DNA from: Thelocarpon superellum
Lineage: Eukaryota
Length of the DNA: 64,000 nt
Reading direction: 5' to 3'
Assembly: GCA_026025795.1 (NCBI GenBank)
Contig: JAPEUG010000013.1
Span: 1-64,000, forward strand
The position numbers and the translations under genes are program-made. The notes below the pieces were generated by a model. The model was not told the DNA's origin and did not search any database. It saw nothing but the letters and a program-made list of their open reading frames with translations. Below are positions 37,366 to 47,608 of this stretch, piece by piece. Position 1 is the first letter of the stretch; every line of letters starts with the position of its first letter.

Positions 37366-38688
37366 TCAAGCATTGAAGGCACGAGCAACGACCCGACGAT
37401 TCTTGATCTTGCGCGCCGCCACGATGTTGCCGTTCTGACACTCCGTGCCTGCCGCAACAGCCATCCAGACAATGCGGCCACCGTTGTCGCAGGTGCCAAA
37501 TTGCGTGGCGCCGTTGCAGAGAATCTGGCCCAGCTGGCTCGTCGAGCAGGTCCCGGTCGAGGAAGCCGTAGAGCCTCCGGTAGACGGCGCACCGGCGCCG
37601 GATGAAGCGCCCGAAGACCCCGCGGCGCCTGGCGCAGGTACCGCGGCAGAGCCGTTTCCTCCCGTGGATGCACCGGTACCGGCACCAGCACCGGCACCAG
37701 CGGCACCCGTGGAAGCGGAGCCAGCAGCCGAGGTGGGCGATGCAGAGGCGCCGGTGCCGGTTCCAGAGGCGGCGCCGGCAGGTGCGAATACACCTCCGGT
37801 GCCCGATCCCACCGTTCCGCCAGTCGAACCAGAGCCGGCCGCCGCCCCACCGGAAGAGGCACCACCGGAGGGAGAGGTCGGAGAAGCGCCGGTCGACGCA
37901 CTAGAAGAATCTCCCGAGGACCCGGCAGAAGGAGCGGCGGCAGAACCTCCCGCCGAACCTCCAGAGCTGGAAGACGAGCTCCCTGTGCCACCAGGGCAGG
38001 TGCCAGTCGGAGGCGTCAGGGGACTAGAACCGGCCTTCTGGACGACGGAGCCAGGGTCGGGGAAGAGGAGATCGGCCGAGTCCACAGTCTTGCAGCCGTT
38101 GCCGATGTTGGCGACGAACATGTTGGGGAGACCGTCATAGAACGCATTGGCCGTGGCGCGCTTCGAGCTACCGCCGCTCAAGGAGACCGGAGCGCAGTTC
38201 ATGTACATCTCTCGGTTGCCAATCTTGTTGAACCAGGTCCATGCGAGCGTCGCGTTGCCCGAGGGAAGGCCGGAGGGGATGGTGTACTTGAAGGTGCTCG
38301 CGCCGCTCCCCGTAGGATCATCTGGAAGATTGCCAGCGGTGCTCGCCGGGCATCCGCCCTCGATCGAGTCGATGACCTTGAAGGTGCTCGTCTTGCTCGG
38401 CTGCAAATCGTAGGTGATGCTCAGCTGGCATGAGCCACCACCGTGCACGGCGCTCCCGATGAAGCTCAGCTCTTGCGAGGATCCGAGAGGAAAGTCGTTC
38501 TGCGCGCCTTGATCGTCGTACACGCCCGGGCGCTGCTTGCACGGGAAGTCGCTCCCATCCGCGACCAAGGGAGAGTTATTCAACGTGGACTTCCCGTAGG
38601 GAGTGGGGGTCTTGATCATCATATGGGCATGGGTCACGACCGAGAAGGTGGTCGCTGCCGCCAGGACGGAGATCTTCGAAAACATCAT
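37366..38688 (-). CDS. AA11 lytic polysaccharide monooxygenase with S/G/A/T linker and C-terminal 4-Cys module
   Basis: Signal peptide then His1 (HMMIKTP), DFPCK, AVHGGGSCQLS, IEGGCP, TLAWTWFNKIGNREMYMNCAP. C-terminal module CSTSQLGQILC..FGTCDNG..GTEC. Confidence 0.93.
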   Translation of the reverse strand: MMFSKISVLAAATTFSVVTHAHMMIKTPTPYGKSTLNNSPLVADGSDFPCKQRPGVYDDQGAQNDFPLGSSQELSFIGSAVHGGGSCQLSITYDLQPSKTSTFKVIDSIEGGCPASTAGNLPDDPTGSGASTFKYTIPSGLPSGNATLAWTWFNKIGNREMYMNCAPVSLSGGSSKRATANAFYDGLPNMFVANIGNGCKTVDSADLLFPDPGSVVQKAGSSPLTPPTGTCPGGTGSSSSSSGGSAGGSAAAPSAGSSGDSSSASTGASPTSPSGGASSGGAAAGSGSTGGTVGSGTGGVFAPAGAASGTGTGASASPTSAAGSASTGAAGAGAGAGTGASTGGNGSAAVPAPGAAGSSGASSGAGAPSTGGSTASSTGTCSTSQLGQILCNGATQFGTCDNGGRIVWMAVAAGTECQNGNIVAARKIKNRRVVARAFNA

Positions 38689-38964
38689 GGTGGACAGATT
38701 CAAACGCGTGAAATGGTCGGTGGTGGATTGCAATGAAGGTGTGACTCGCGCAGCGAGTACGAGAACGTGGAAGAATCGAAGGCGTTTGGTGTCGGGCGGG
38801 AATGCTGGAATCGAAAGCTGGAAGGTGATGGTGCTGGAAGAAGTCAGCCTTGGGACCCGGGCCTGCCTTTTATCTCCTGGAGTCCTCCGGCCAAGTGAAC
38901 GATGTTCTGGAAGGAGTCACGACAAGAGCTGGAGAATAATTGGAGTCAACACATTGATCCGGAA

Positions 38965-39028
38965 CAGCTGCCCTGAATAGCAGCTGTCCTGAATGGCAGC
39001 TGTCCTGAGTAGGAGTTGTCCTGGATAA
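38965..39028. repeat. 16-bp tandem repeat x4 containing CAGCTG
   Basis: cagctgccctgaatag / cagctgtcctgaatgg / cagctgtcctgagtag / gagttgtcctggataa. Confidence 0.85.
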
Positions 39029-41056
39029 TTGACCGCACACTCGACATTCACTGAACAATGCACATTATGGGCGAAACATGACCGAGTGTGTCTCAAGGCG
39101 CCTAACCTTAAAGTTGTGGCAGAAAGGATTCACATGCGGCTCAAGCAGAGGAACGCATTGTCCCTTACCTCGAGTTACTCACGTCGACACAGTCACAGTT
39201 CAGCGAACAAGTCAAGGTCTCAAGCCAGGAGACGAGGAGCGAGAAGAAGTGAAGGCAGGGAGAAGCGTCAAGGAAAATGCACTGCGAAGGTACCTGACCT
39301 GAGACGACTTGTAGACGTGAAGGACTGGGGGTCTTATCGATATCCCAAGCGGCTGGGCAGGCTGGGCATGGTGGGCACCGCACTCCGATTTATATCAGCA
39401 CAAGTGCTCACTCTCGATCCATCCTACCGCGAGACCGATGAAACACCGTTTTCCAGCTTGAGAACAAGTCCAGTGACGGCAGGACGAGCAAAGTGACTAC
39501 GCTCGAGACTAAGCTGAGAGACGCGGCGCGTCAAGGTGCCTCCAGACCCAGCCATCCCTCGGCCCCTGCTCCAGGTGAGGGCGAGGAGAGGGCAGGCAGC
39601 AAGGGCCCTCCTCCTGAAGGAATGGCTCTCATCGGACCCGTGAGCTCCTTGAGTGGCGCATGATGGCCCGGCTAAGCAGCTCTCCTGAACGGAGATTCAA
39701 GGTTGGCCATGTGGCGGCGGCGGATGTATGCTCCAGCCGGAGCATCGGCGCGGTTGATTTGCTGATGGGAGCAGCGAGGGCGGTCCGGCTTGGCGTAGGA
39801 CATGGATAAGCGGACAGGGGTGCGATAGGTGTCCGAGTGGCGACTCTGCTAAGTCTGGGGTGGAGCAACTGTGGTACCTGAAACCAGCAAACCCGGAGCC
39901 AATCGACGCCCTCCGTGGCTTCGTGTTGAAGGGAGCGCGGCAAAGTAGTGGAAGCGAGAGCCTCGCCGATCAGCTGAAACGAGCCCGGGCATGATGGCGC
40001 GACTCGAAACGGAGTTGCCCGCGTCGCGTGCCCGGAGATTCACCGCCAAAAGGCTTCGGTCGCGCGATGCACCGCCGGCGACCTCCTGAATCCATCCGCA
40101 ACTCCTTCGGGCCGGTGCCTACGTCTCGCCAGCCCTGGTCTGACTTGGTGTACGGCGACGTTGACTTGACCTCTTGTTCTCGACGTGCGGGGGATGAAAC
40201 CATCCGGCTCTCGCTTCAATCCGTCGATTCCACTGCTTTGCCTCGAACGTCGGCATCATCTCGAGCCCTCAACGGGCCCTGGCCTTGCACGTCGCGGACA
40301 TGGCCATATGGGCACGTAACGCACGAGTCCTCCACCTGCGCCCAGAGACGCGTGTGCAGATCACATGGGCTGCCGATCCGTGGCACAGCCATGCGTGGCT
40401 GATGTCTCAGCCCCAGGAGCAGGCTCAGATTCATGCAGGCCTCGGAGTCATCGGTCTCTACGCGTAGCCGTCCGTTCACGTACACTGATCACATTCGGCT
40501 GTGAAGCCGTCGGATTCTTGCAATAGGCTGAGCGGTGCTTATCGAGACGTTGTGACTAGGTCCACGGTCATGCCCATGGCAACCGCCGGTAGAATCGAGA
40601 GAGCAGAGAACAGCGATGCATGAAAATGAATCAATTCGTTTCCGCTCCACGACTGCTGCAAGTTGTGACATGTCCTTCTCTTCGCGTTCCGTCTATCTGC
40701 CCTACGTCTTTGGATCTTTGTGACCCAAGTGCTGTTTGCTTGATTCGGTGAATGGCCATATCCCATCTCCGCCGTCATTCGTGCCCATACCGTGGAGAAA
40801 ATCACTGGGCCACCCCCTATTTCGACGTGGGAACGAGATATCAAGGGCGCGCACCATCTACACACCATGTATTTCGGCGCATCCGCGCATTCATACGGGG
40901 TTTCTCGGATCTCGCAATCGAGTCGGCCAAGTCATTCCCGTGGGTAACGCCACGATGTCCGACCTCATGTGCTTCCCCTGCTGCTGCCACCGTACCACTG
41001 ATACCTACGTCGTCCGCCTCCCCGCGACTCAACCACCCATCTCGAGGCGCGCCACC

Positions 41057-42304
41057 ATGTCGAAAGAATATGTCTACCGTCCGGTGAGTGGATCATTCAA
41101 TCTGAGTTTCTTCGTGTTGCGAAAGTGCACATGGGACGCCAATCATTGCCGCTCGTCTACTCGTATTCACGACTTCTGTGAAGAGTGCCGCGTCAATGGA
41201 CAGACCAGGACCTCGACGCGGCGGACCCAAAGCTTATCCACGCTCTCCCTTTCCTGGATCCTTTCTCTTCCTGCTCTCAACTCTTTCGCTCCATCTTGCT
41301 GCGGATCTGTTGCCTCCATCACCTTCCCCGGTGGCTTCCCCTCCACGAGCGTCAAGACTTCTTCCTATCCTCCATTTTCCTTCATCATGGTCACCGCCTA
41401 CGTCCCCGGTGCGTCTCTAACGACGCATCCCGTCACGCCTCCGGCTCAGCTAGCTCAGCTCGCTCAACCCGTCGAGCCCGCCAAGACCATTGAGCCCACC
41501 GAGCCCGCTGAGCCTACCGAGGCAGCCAAGTCCGTTGAGTTAACCCCCGCCCAGCCCACTCAAGCGGCCGGGGCTGCCGCCGCTCCTGGGTCTCCCGCTG
41601 CCAAGGGACTCGAGACCCCGAGTGGTCCCGCCGCTCCTGGAGTGAAGATGGGCGCCACGTACACCTATCGGGCCGCTCCGATCTCTGGACCCGCTTCCGT
41701 TCTGGTTCCCGAGGGTTTCAACTCGGCGCCGGTCCATACGCATACCTACAAGATCTTGGCCCCGGGCGCTCCCCTTCCCATCCCGCCCCATGTGACTGCC
41801 GCGGCCCCCCCCGGAACGACTCATTTTCACCATGCTGTCTGCTATGCTGTCGTTCCTCCTGTGTTCGAGCGTCATTATGGCTTCGCTTACCATGTCCCTC
41901 AGCCTCAGCAGTACACCATGCCGCCACCGATCTTCTACCAAGCCCCTGCTCCAGCCGCCCCAGCCGCCCCAGCCGCCCCAGCAGCCCCGGCGCCCGTGGC
42001 CAAGGTCAACCAAGCGCAGTTTCAGAACGGCTCGGTCCAGTATCCCTTCGTTTGGTACGGCAACACCAAGGCCGAGGTCGATCGCCAGAACACGGTGATT
42101 GCTCAGAACGCTGCTGCTGCCCAGGCCGCGCCGACGAGCCCCATCCACATCAACCCGTCCCAGCAGTACTGGTGCCGCGAACTCGATGGTTCTTACATGC
42201 TCAAGACCACCAAGACCATCCAAGAGTCTTGCCTCCCAGGCTACTGGGCCGCGGCCAAGAACGGAGGCTACCCGTACTGGATCCGCCAGACGCCGCCCGT
42301 CTAG
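41057..42304 (+). CDS. Pro/Ala-rich hypothetical protein with aromatic C-terminal motifs (start 41057 with an intron, or 41387)
   Basis: Strong C-ending codon bias from about 41390. Motifs WYGNTKAEVDRQN and QYWCRELDGSY..PGYW..GYPYWIR. GCCACCATG at 41057 is followed by a GTGAGT donor. Confidence 0.75.
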   Translation: MSKEYVYRPVSGSFNLSFFVLRKCTWDANHCRSSTRIHDFCEECRVNGQTRTSTRRTQSLSTLSLSWILSLPALNSFAPSCCGSVASITFPGGFPSTSVKTSSYPPFSFIMVTAYVPGASLTTHPVTPPAQLAQLAQPVEPAKTIEPTEPAEPTEAAKSVELTPAQPTQAAGAAAAPGSPAAKGLETPSGPAAPGVKMGATYTYRAAPISGPASVLVPEGFNSAPVHTHTYKILAPGAPLPIPPHVTAAAPPGTTHFHHAVCYAVVPPVFERHYGFAYHVPQPQQYTMPPPIFYQAPAPAAPAAPAAPAAPAPVAKVNQAQFQNGSVQYPFVWYGNTKAEVDRQNTVIAQNAAAAQAAPTSPIHINPSQQYWCRELDGSYMLKTTKTIQESCLPGYWAAAKNGGYPYWIRQTPPV

Positions 42305-42890
42305 GTCTCCGTAAGCCTTGCGGTCCCGCCTTCCCTCCAAGCCGTCACTGACATGCTGATTCTCAGGCACACAACACCCTCGCTTCCGTCCAGTCACGCC
42401 TTGTGTCCCGTGGTCAATCTCAACTGTGATGGAAGGATATTGTGGGGTGTGCAGGATCTCTCGGATTTCCAGCTCTAGCAAGACGCGGTGGGAAAGGTGT
42501 CGGAAACTTACCTCGCGGGCTGTGCCGGCACATCGGACGGGTTTCTTCGCTGGTGGTGATCAGGAGCTGGCATTCCCCTCCGTCCTAAAGGACTACACTT
42601 TGATTTCATGATTTCCATCTCTTCGGCTTCCTCGGAATCGTCTCGGACAACGTCGTGCTCGTGGGTTTTGCTGTGCACCTTTGCATCACCCGACGTACAT
42701 AGCCTTCCTAGCTAGCGAATGCGATCCTCAACCCGACTAATACGTCATCGAATGCTGGAGATGGCGAGAGCAGGGCCCTAACATGAACAACGCCAATACC
42801 AGGATATGCGCAGCGATCAGCCACGTGATCTAGCTCTACTCCAGCCAAGGAGACCCCTTGCGTCACGGTCCGTTCCCGCCCGAGGCAGGT

Positions 42891-43433
42891 CTATGCCTTC
42901 TGCCCTTGGATAGTAGCGACGACCTTGCGCGTATGCTTGGAGGCACGAAACTCTAGGAACCACACCCCCTGCCACGTACCTGTGGCCAGTCTGCCGTCAG
43001 CGATGGGTATGGAAACCGACACTCCAATCAGCGCCGACTTGATATGTGCCTAGACGGAGTCAGCACGTATCAGACAAGAGCCAAAGTTCACACGACGGGG
43101 TGGGGTTGGTGGGGTGATGCAAAACAAAGAGTGAGAGGAGACTCCCACCGGCATATCATCCAACCCCTCATCAGCATGACGGTACAAATCCCCCCGTCGA
43201 TCCTCGGGCGCGATACGATCCAGAGCATTTGCCATGTCGGTCCTCACGTCCTCGTCATAGTTCTCGTTCAGCGCCAGCGCACACGACGTATGCTGCACGA
43301 ACAGGTGGAGCAGGCCGACTTTGTACTCGCGTAGCTCTGGCAGCTTGTCCGTGATAGTGTTCGTGACTAGGTACGCGCCGCGTGCTTTTGACGGCAGCGT
43401 GATGGTTCGTTGCGTCCATGCTGCAGACGCCAT
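42891..43433 (-). CDS. UPF0047/YjbQ family protein (1 intron; possible N-extension from ATG 43616)
   Basis: GLLHLFVQHTSCALALNEN.DEDVRTDM, YRHADEGLDDMP|AHIKSALIG, LATGTWQGVWFLEFR. Confidence 0.92.
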
Positions 43434-44275
43434 GCTCGAGGTTGAGGTAGGATGGGAGGAGGGGTGGACAGTGGCCAGTGGGCGTGGAGGTGGAGGACTA
43501 CGCGGGAGGAACGGAGCTCGCAGGACGCCGACCAAGGTTTGCGGGGCGAAGGAGAAGGAGAAGATGAAGAGTGTGAGGAAGATTATGCTGCTGCTTAGGC
43601 CCGTGGAGAATGGCATGCGAGTCGGCTGCTCTATGAGCGTGTGTAGAGCTTGTGTTTCCGATAAAATGCGAAGATGATGCTATTAGACGTGTTGCTTGGT
43701 TGGTTAGCTTCGACTATGTTAGAGCAAATGACGTCGATGGTGGCGGATGTCATAATTCTTGCGTCCTGGGGATTCCCTCCCCGTCTGGGTTCTGCCTCAT
43801 CTTCAATCAATCGGCAGATGTCAGCGTAAGGTCTTTGAACATTCGATGTTAGGGATGAGGACAAGATGTACGACCGCAGACTCAGCGCGTTTGACGGGGT
43901 GATATCGCCGACGTCGTGTGAAATCGGGCTGTTGTCAATCTTGCTGTGTTGCTGCTTCACGCCTGGGGGAGGACTCCTTGCCTCGCCTTATCCATCCAAT
44001 CGATTCTGTCGATAGCAAGAGCAGGGAAAGATGCACTTTTTGCTCTGATGATTTCTCACACCAATCGTGTCATGCTTGCAATCATGACCTTGCTACGCGT
44101 CTTCCTGCATTTGCGAGAGATCGCGTTCGGTTCGGACTACAATACAAATCGGGCTGTTTTCGGCACATTCTCACATGATTTAATGGAGATAAGAAGAGAT
44201 GGTTGATTTAATTTATGGCTAGCTCGATGACGGCATTGCTCCATTTCTTACACTCGTACAATCACCCCCCCCCCC

Positions 44276-45051
44276 TCATCGCTGCCCAAGAGGCTCGCCA
44301 GTAACCCTTTGGGTCTCTGGGATCTCAGCGGCATCGCCTTGCGGGACAAGAGGGTAACTTGTATGCGGGAGAGATTCAAGATGTTTCCGGTGGTGCTCGT
44401 TGGCCTGAGATTGGTGCGGTTAGCCTGATACCGCAAGAAGAGCGACAAGGTCATGTCCACCAGAAGGGAGAGATACGTACAAATGGAAGCCCACAGTAGG
44501 TACACATGCAAACCTGTGGCTTGTCGAGATTGATGAAGATCTTTGGATGGCCAAGCGGGCCTCCGCCGCCGTCGCAAGACACCACGCGGTCATGGCTCCA
44601 CCTGACCGGCTGTTTGTGGATGAGAGAGATGGCGGCGAGAGGTTGAGGCTGAAGCGAACGCCCGTGTAAGCTCCGTGGACCATGCCGCAAGCCAATTTGC
44701 ACTCTCCACCCGTACCTGATATTCCATGACGGTCTGTTCGAACCGTGGTCCCGTCATGGCCACGCTCCGGGGCTGCTGACTTCGCGACCACGGTGTTGCC
44801 CGATTCGGCGCTTGCAGCGATCTCTGTCTCTCGGCATCTTCGGTGATTTCTTGCAGCGGAGCATCCTGAGCGCCAGTGGCAGAGGTTGGGAGGGCATTTG
44901 TCTCCGAGACATTCTGGACGTCTTTTGGCGGGTTGGAGGTATTTGCGGGGATCTGGCCGGTCGATGGGGCCGAAGAGCTTGATCGCAGAGACGAGAAAGC
45001 CCACCGTCTCGAGCAGACCAGAGGCACGCGTGATCGAGCTGCGGAGAGCAT
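44276..45051 (-). CDS. Complex I Zn-finger subunit NDUFS6 (zf-CHCC), mitochondrial, 2 introns
   Basis: Mitochondrial presequence, QAPNRATPWSRSQQPR..GPRFEQT, PQPLAAISLI, CDGGGGPLGHPKIFINLDKP..CTYCGLPF|ANEHHR. Confidence 0.95.
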
Positions 45052-45301
45052 CTTTACGGATATGGCCGTCTCAATGGCAAGGAAGTAGCGTTGCATGGCC
45101 TGCGATATGCGACATACCAGGAGGCGATGTATGATTAGTCAGCATCAGTAGGCGGAAGGAGCGAGTTCTCACAAATCTAGGGCAGTGTACAAGTTGAAAT
45201 AACTCTGGGTTCAGCAACGATCTGGAAATGACCACGATATGCGGTCTCCTAGGTCTATTTCACCCTCGTTGGTTACGCATTTCAGACTGACAGCGCTGAT
45301 C

Positions 45302-46278
45302 ATGGGTGGTTCACCTGGGGGAAAACCCCCCAAGGCCATGTCGTCACGGCTCATGACGATGAAGGTGTAGCCGGATTTTTGGGTGATGGTTCAACGCACC
45401 GAGGCTGACGTTGGAATCAACAGTTTATGCAGCGTGCAGCTGCGACGTCTCCATCCCAGTCAGACCCGTCGACTCCTGAAGAGTCCTCCGCCAAGCGTCG
45501 GAAGCTCTCCGGCTCCGCCTCCCGCGATCATACCCCCTCGGATGCAAAGGCCTTCCGAGCCGCGCTCGCCGAAGAGGAAGAGAGGCGGTTCCGGGCCCTG
45601 GAGAAACAAGGGCAGGAGCTGGGCGAGACTCGATGGGTACTGAGCTTCAAGGATGATCAAGAGCACAGTCAAGATGGAGACCGGCATCACACGCTTCGAG
45701 TGGTGCAGGCCGGGTATGCCAGTATCGATGCACCCAGTCCAGCCACAGCCACGGAGGATCTAGAGGAGGGCGACGAGGCATGGCGTGCACCTACTCTAGG
45801 ACGACGGGTGTTTGGAAAATTTACTCGAGCGGCCGAGGTTCGAGACCCACATCCTAGGCTCCAGGACACCGGTCGCGGTCATACTAACTCACTGCTTTGC
45901 TAGGCCTCCAACAGGGCCTCCGATGATTCAGACTCCTCGAAACCGAGCGATGATGATGATGATGGTGGTGACCAGGATGGCGACCTAAGTGATGATGACT
46001 CAGGGGCCAAGGCACTCATCAAAGCGTCCAAGGCGGAGGCGAGCGCGGCCGCACGCGCGGAGCGGAAAGCCAAACGCAAATCCGATCGAGAGGAAATGAA
46101 TCGGATGGCAGAGCAGAGGAGAAGCAAGACTGTGAAGCTAAATAAGCTCACGTCAATCTCGGGCGGCGGTGGCTCTGGAATGAGTCCGACTATGACCTGT
46201 CATAGCTGCGGAAGCAAAGGCCACAAAGCCAAAGACTGCCCAAACTCGGGTAAGAGAGGGAGGAAGACGTCCACGTAG
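45302..46278 (+). CDS. MPP6-like exosome cofactor with C-terminal CCHC zinc knuckle (2 introns)
   Basis: MSSRLMTMK|FMQR motif, GRRVFGKF, acidic tract, CHSCGSKGHKAKDC. Confidence 0.75.
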
Positions 46279-46906
46279 ATGTGCACGCGCCATTGGCATA
46301 TCCCGGTCTTGATCTGAGCATTGGTGGACTGAAGGCGTCGCGATGGCTACTATTTTGACGTACCTGTTTACTGCGGCACAAGCAGCGCCGCTTGCCTTCT
46401 TGATTGATCGGAGCCGGCACACTTCTGTGGTGGAAGGCTGCCGAGTCGTCCCCTCGCTACAATAGTGGCGAGTGTAACGAGAGTCCTCGTAGCTGGACTG
46501 GAGGCTTGCTGCGAGGTAACCACGCTACTACTACCACCACTGCTAGTACTATGTTACTAGCAATGGTACTGCCGGTAGCTTATGGTCGGTGCCACGGCCA
46601 TACTTTGCTATGGAGCGCTCGAGAAGCAGACTCGAAGCGGGACACGGTCGCAGGTATGAGGTAGGGTTATGAGGCCCTGGTAAATCCTTCATACGAGAAC
46701 TCATTCTCGCACATGTCGTCCCCTCTCATCGCAGTCCCGCGGGATGCGGTGGGTGGGGCCCAGAACACAGAGCCGGGATCCATGCACGGTCGCACAACCT
46801 TATCGCGGCGCATACCGACTTGGAGGTAGGTAGCGTGCAGGCGACCGCGAGCATGGGATCCGGGGTCCCAGATCCCAGCCATCGACGGCCTCCGAAGCTG
46901 AAGCAG

Positions 46907-46942
<36 letters not shown>
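46907..46942 (+). repeat. (GGGCAT)6 tandem; G-quadruplex-competent
   Basis: Read directly, upstream of STE23. Confidence 0.85.
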
Positions 46943-46943
<1 letters not shown>

Positions 46944-47608
46944 AGAACGAAAGCAGCGAAGCTATGAACCACCATCGCAGGCGAACACCGCTGTTGCCTT
47001 AAGCGAAACCAAGCCGAACAGAGACAAGTGCCCACGTCCCATCTCTACCTAATCGTCTAGGTGGGAGATAGACCCAGGGCTTCAGCAGATGTTCCCCGCG
47101 GTGCGTGACTCCTCTCCTCTCGTGTTGCCCCTCTACGCCTAGCCCTTCCCTCAAGACTGGCCGCCGCTTCCCCGCAGTAGGGTCACCGGTGTCGTTGATG
47201 CCCGTAGACCCCCTACCATTCGTTTGACCCGTGACCATCCGTCGCGTGTGGGATATATAGGCGTTTTCGTGGTCAGTGAGGAAGCTTATCCTCCCCCGTC
47301 GGACCAGTCTGTGTTAGATGATCACAGGGGCTGACGCTGGTGAAAGGCCGAAATTCATGACGCTCACTGGCCTTCGTCACAAAGACACCGTACGCCCCTT
47401 CAGAGCTAGCCCTCTCCGATTGTGTCTTGCCATTTCACGTCCCCAATCACCGTGCCGCACGTTGCCGTCGGCCACTGCTTTCTCCCGCTGGCTGTGCCGT
47501 ACAGTGCACGTCAAAGCGCTGTCAGTATCCGGGCGATTACGTCTTTTTTCAACGCCTACCGTACCATCCTCTCTCTCTTCACCCCGGGTGTCATTTGTGA
47601 CGGCGAGA

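Noticed and set aside
38965..39028. Regular repeats as a CRISPR array
   Set aside because: Head-to-tail units without spacers in a eukaryotic genome, and no cas genes.
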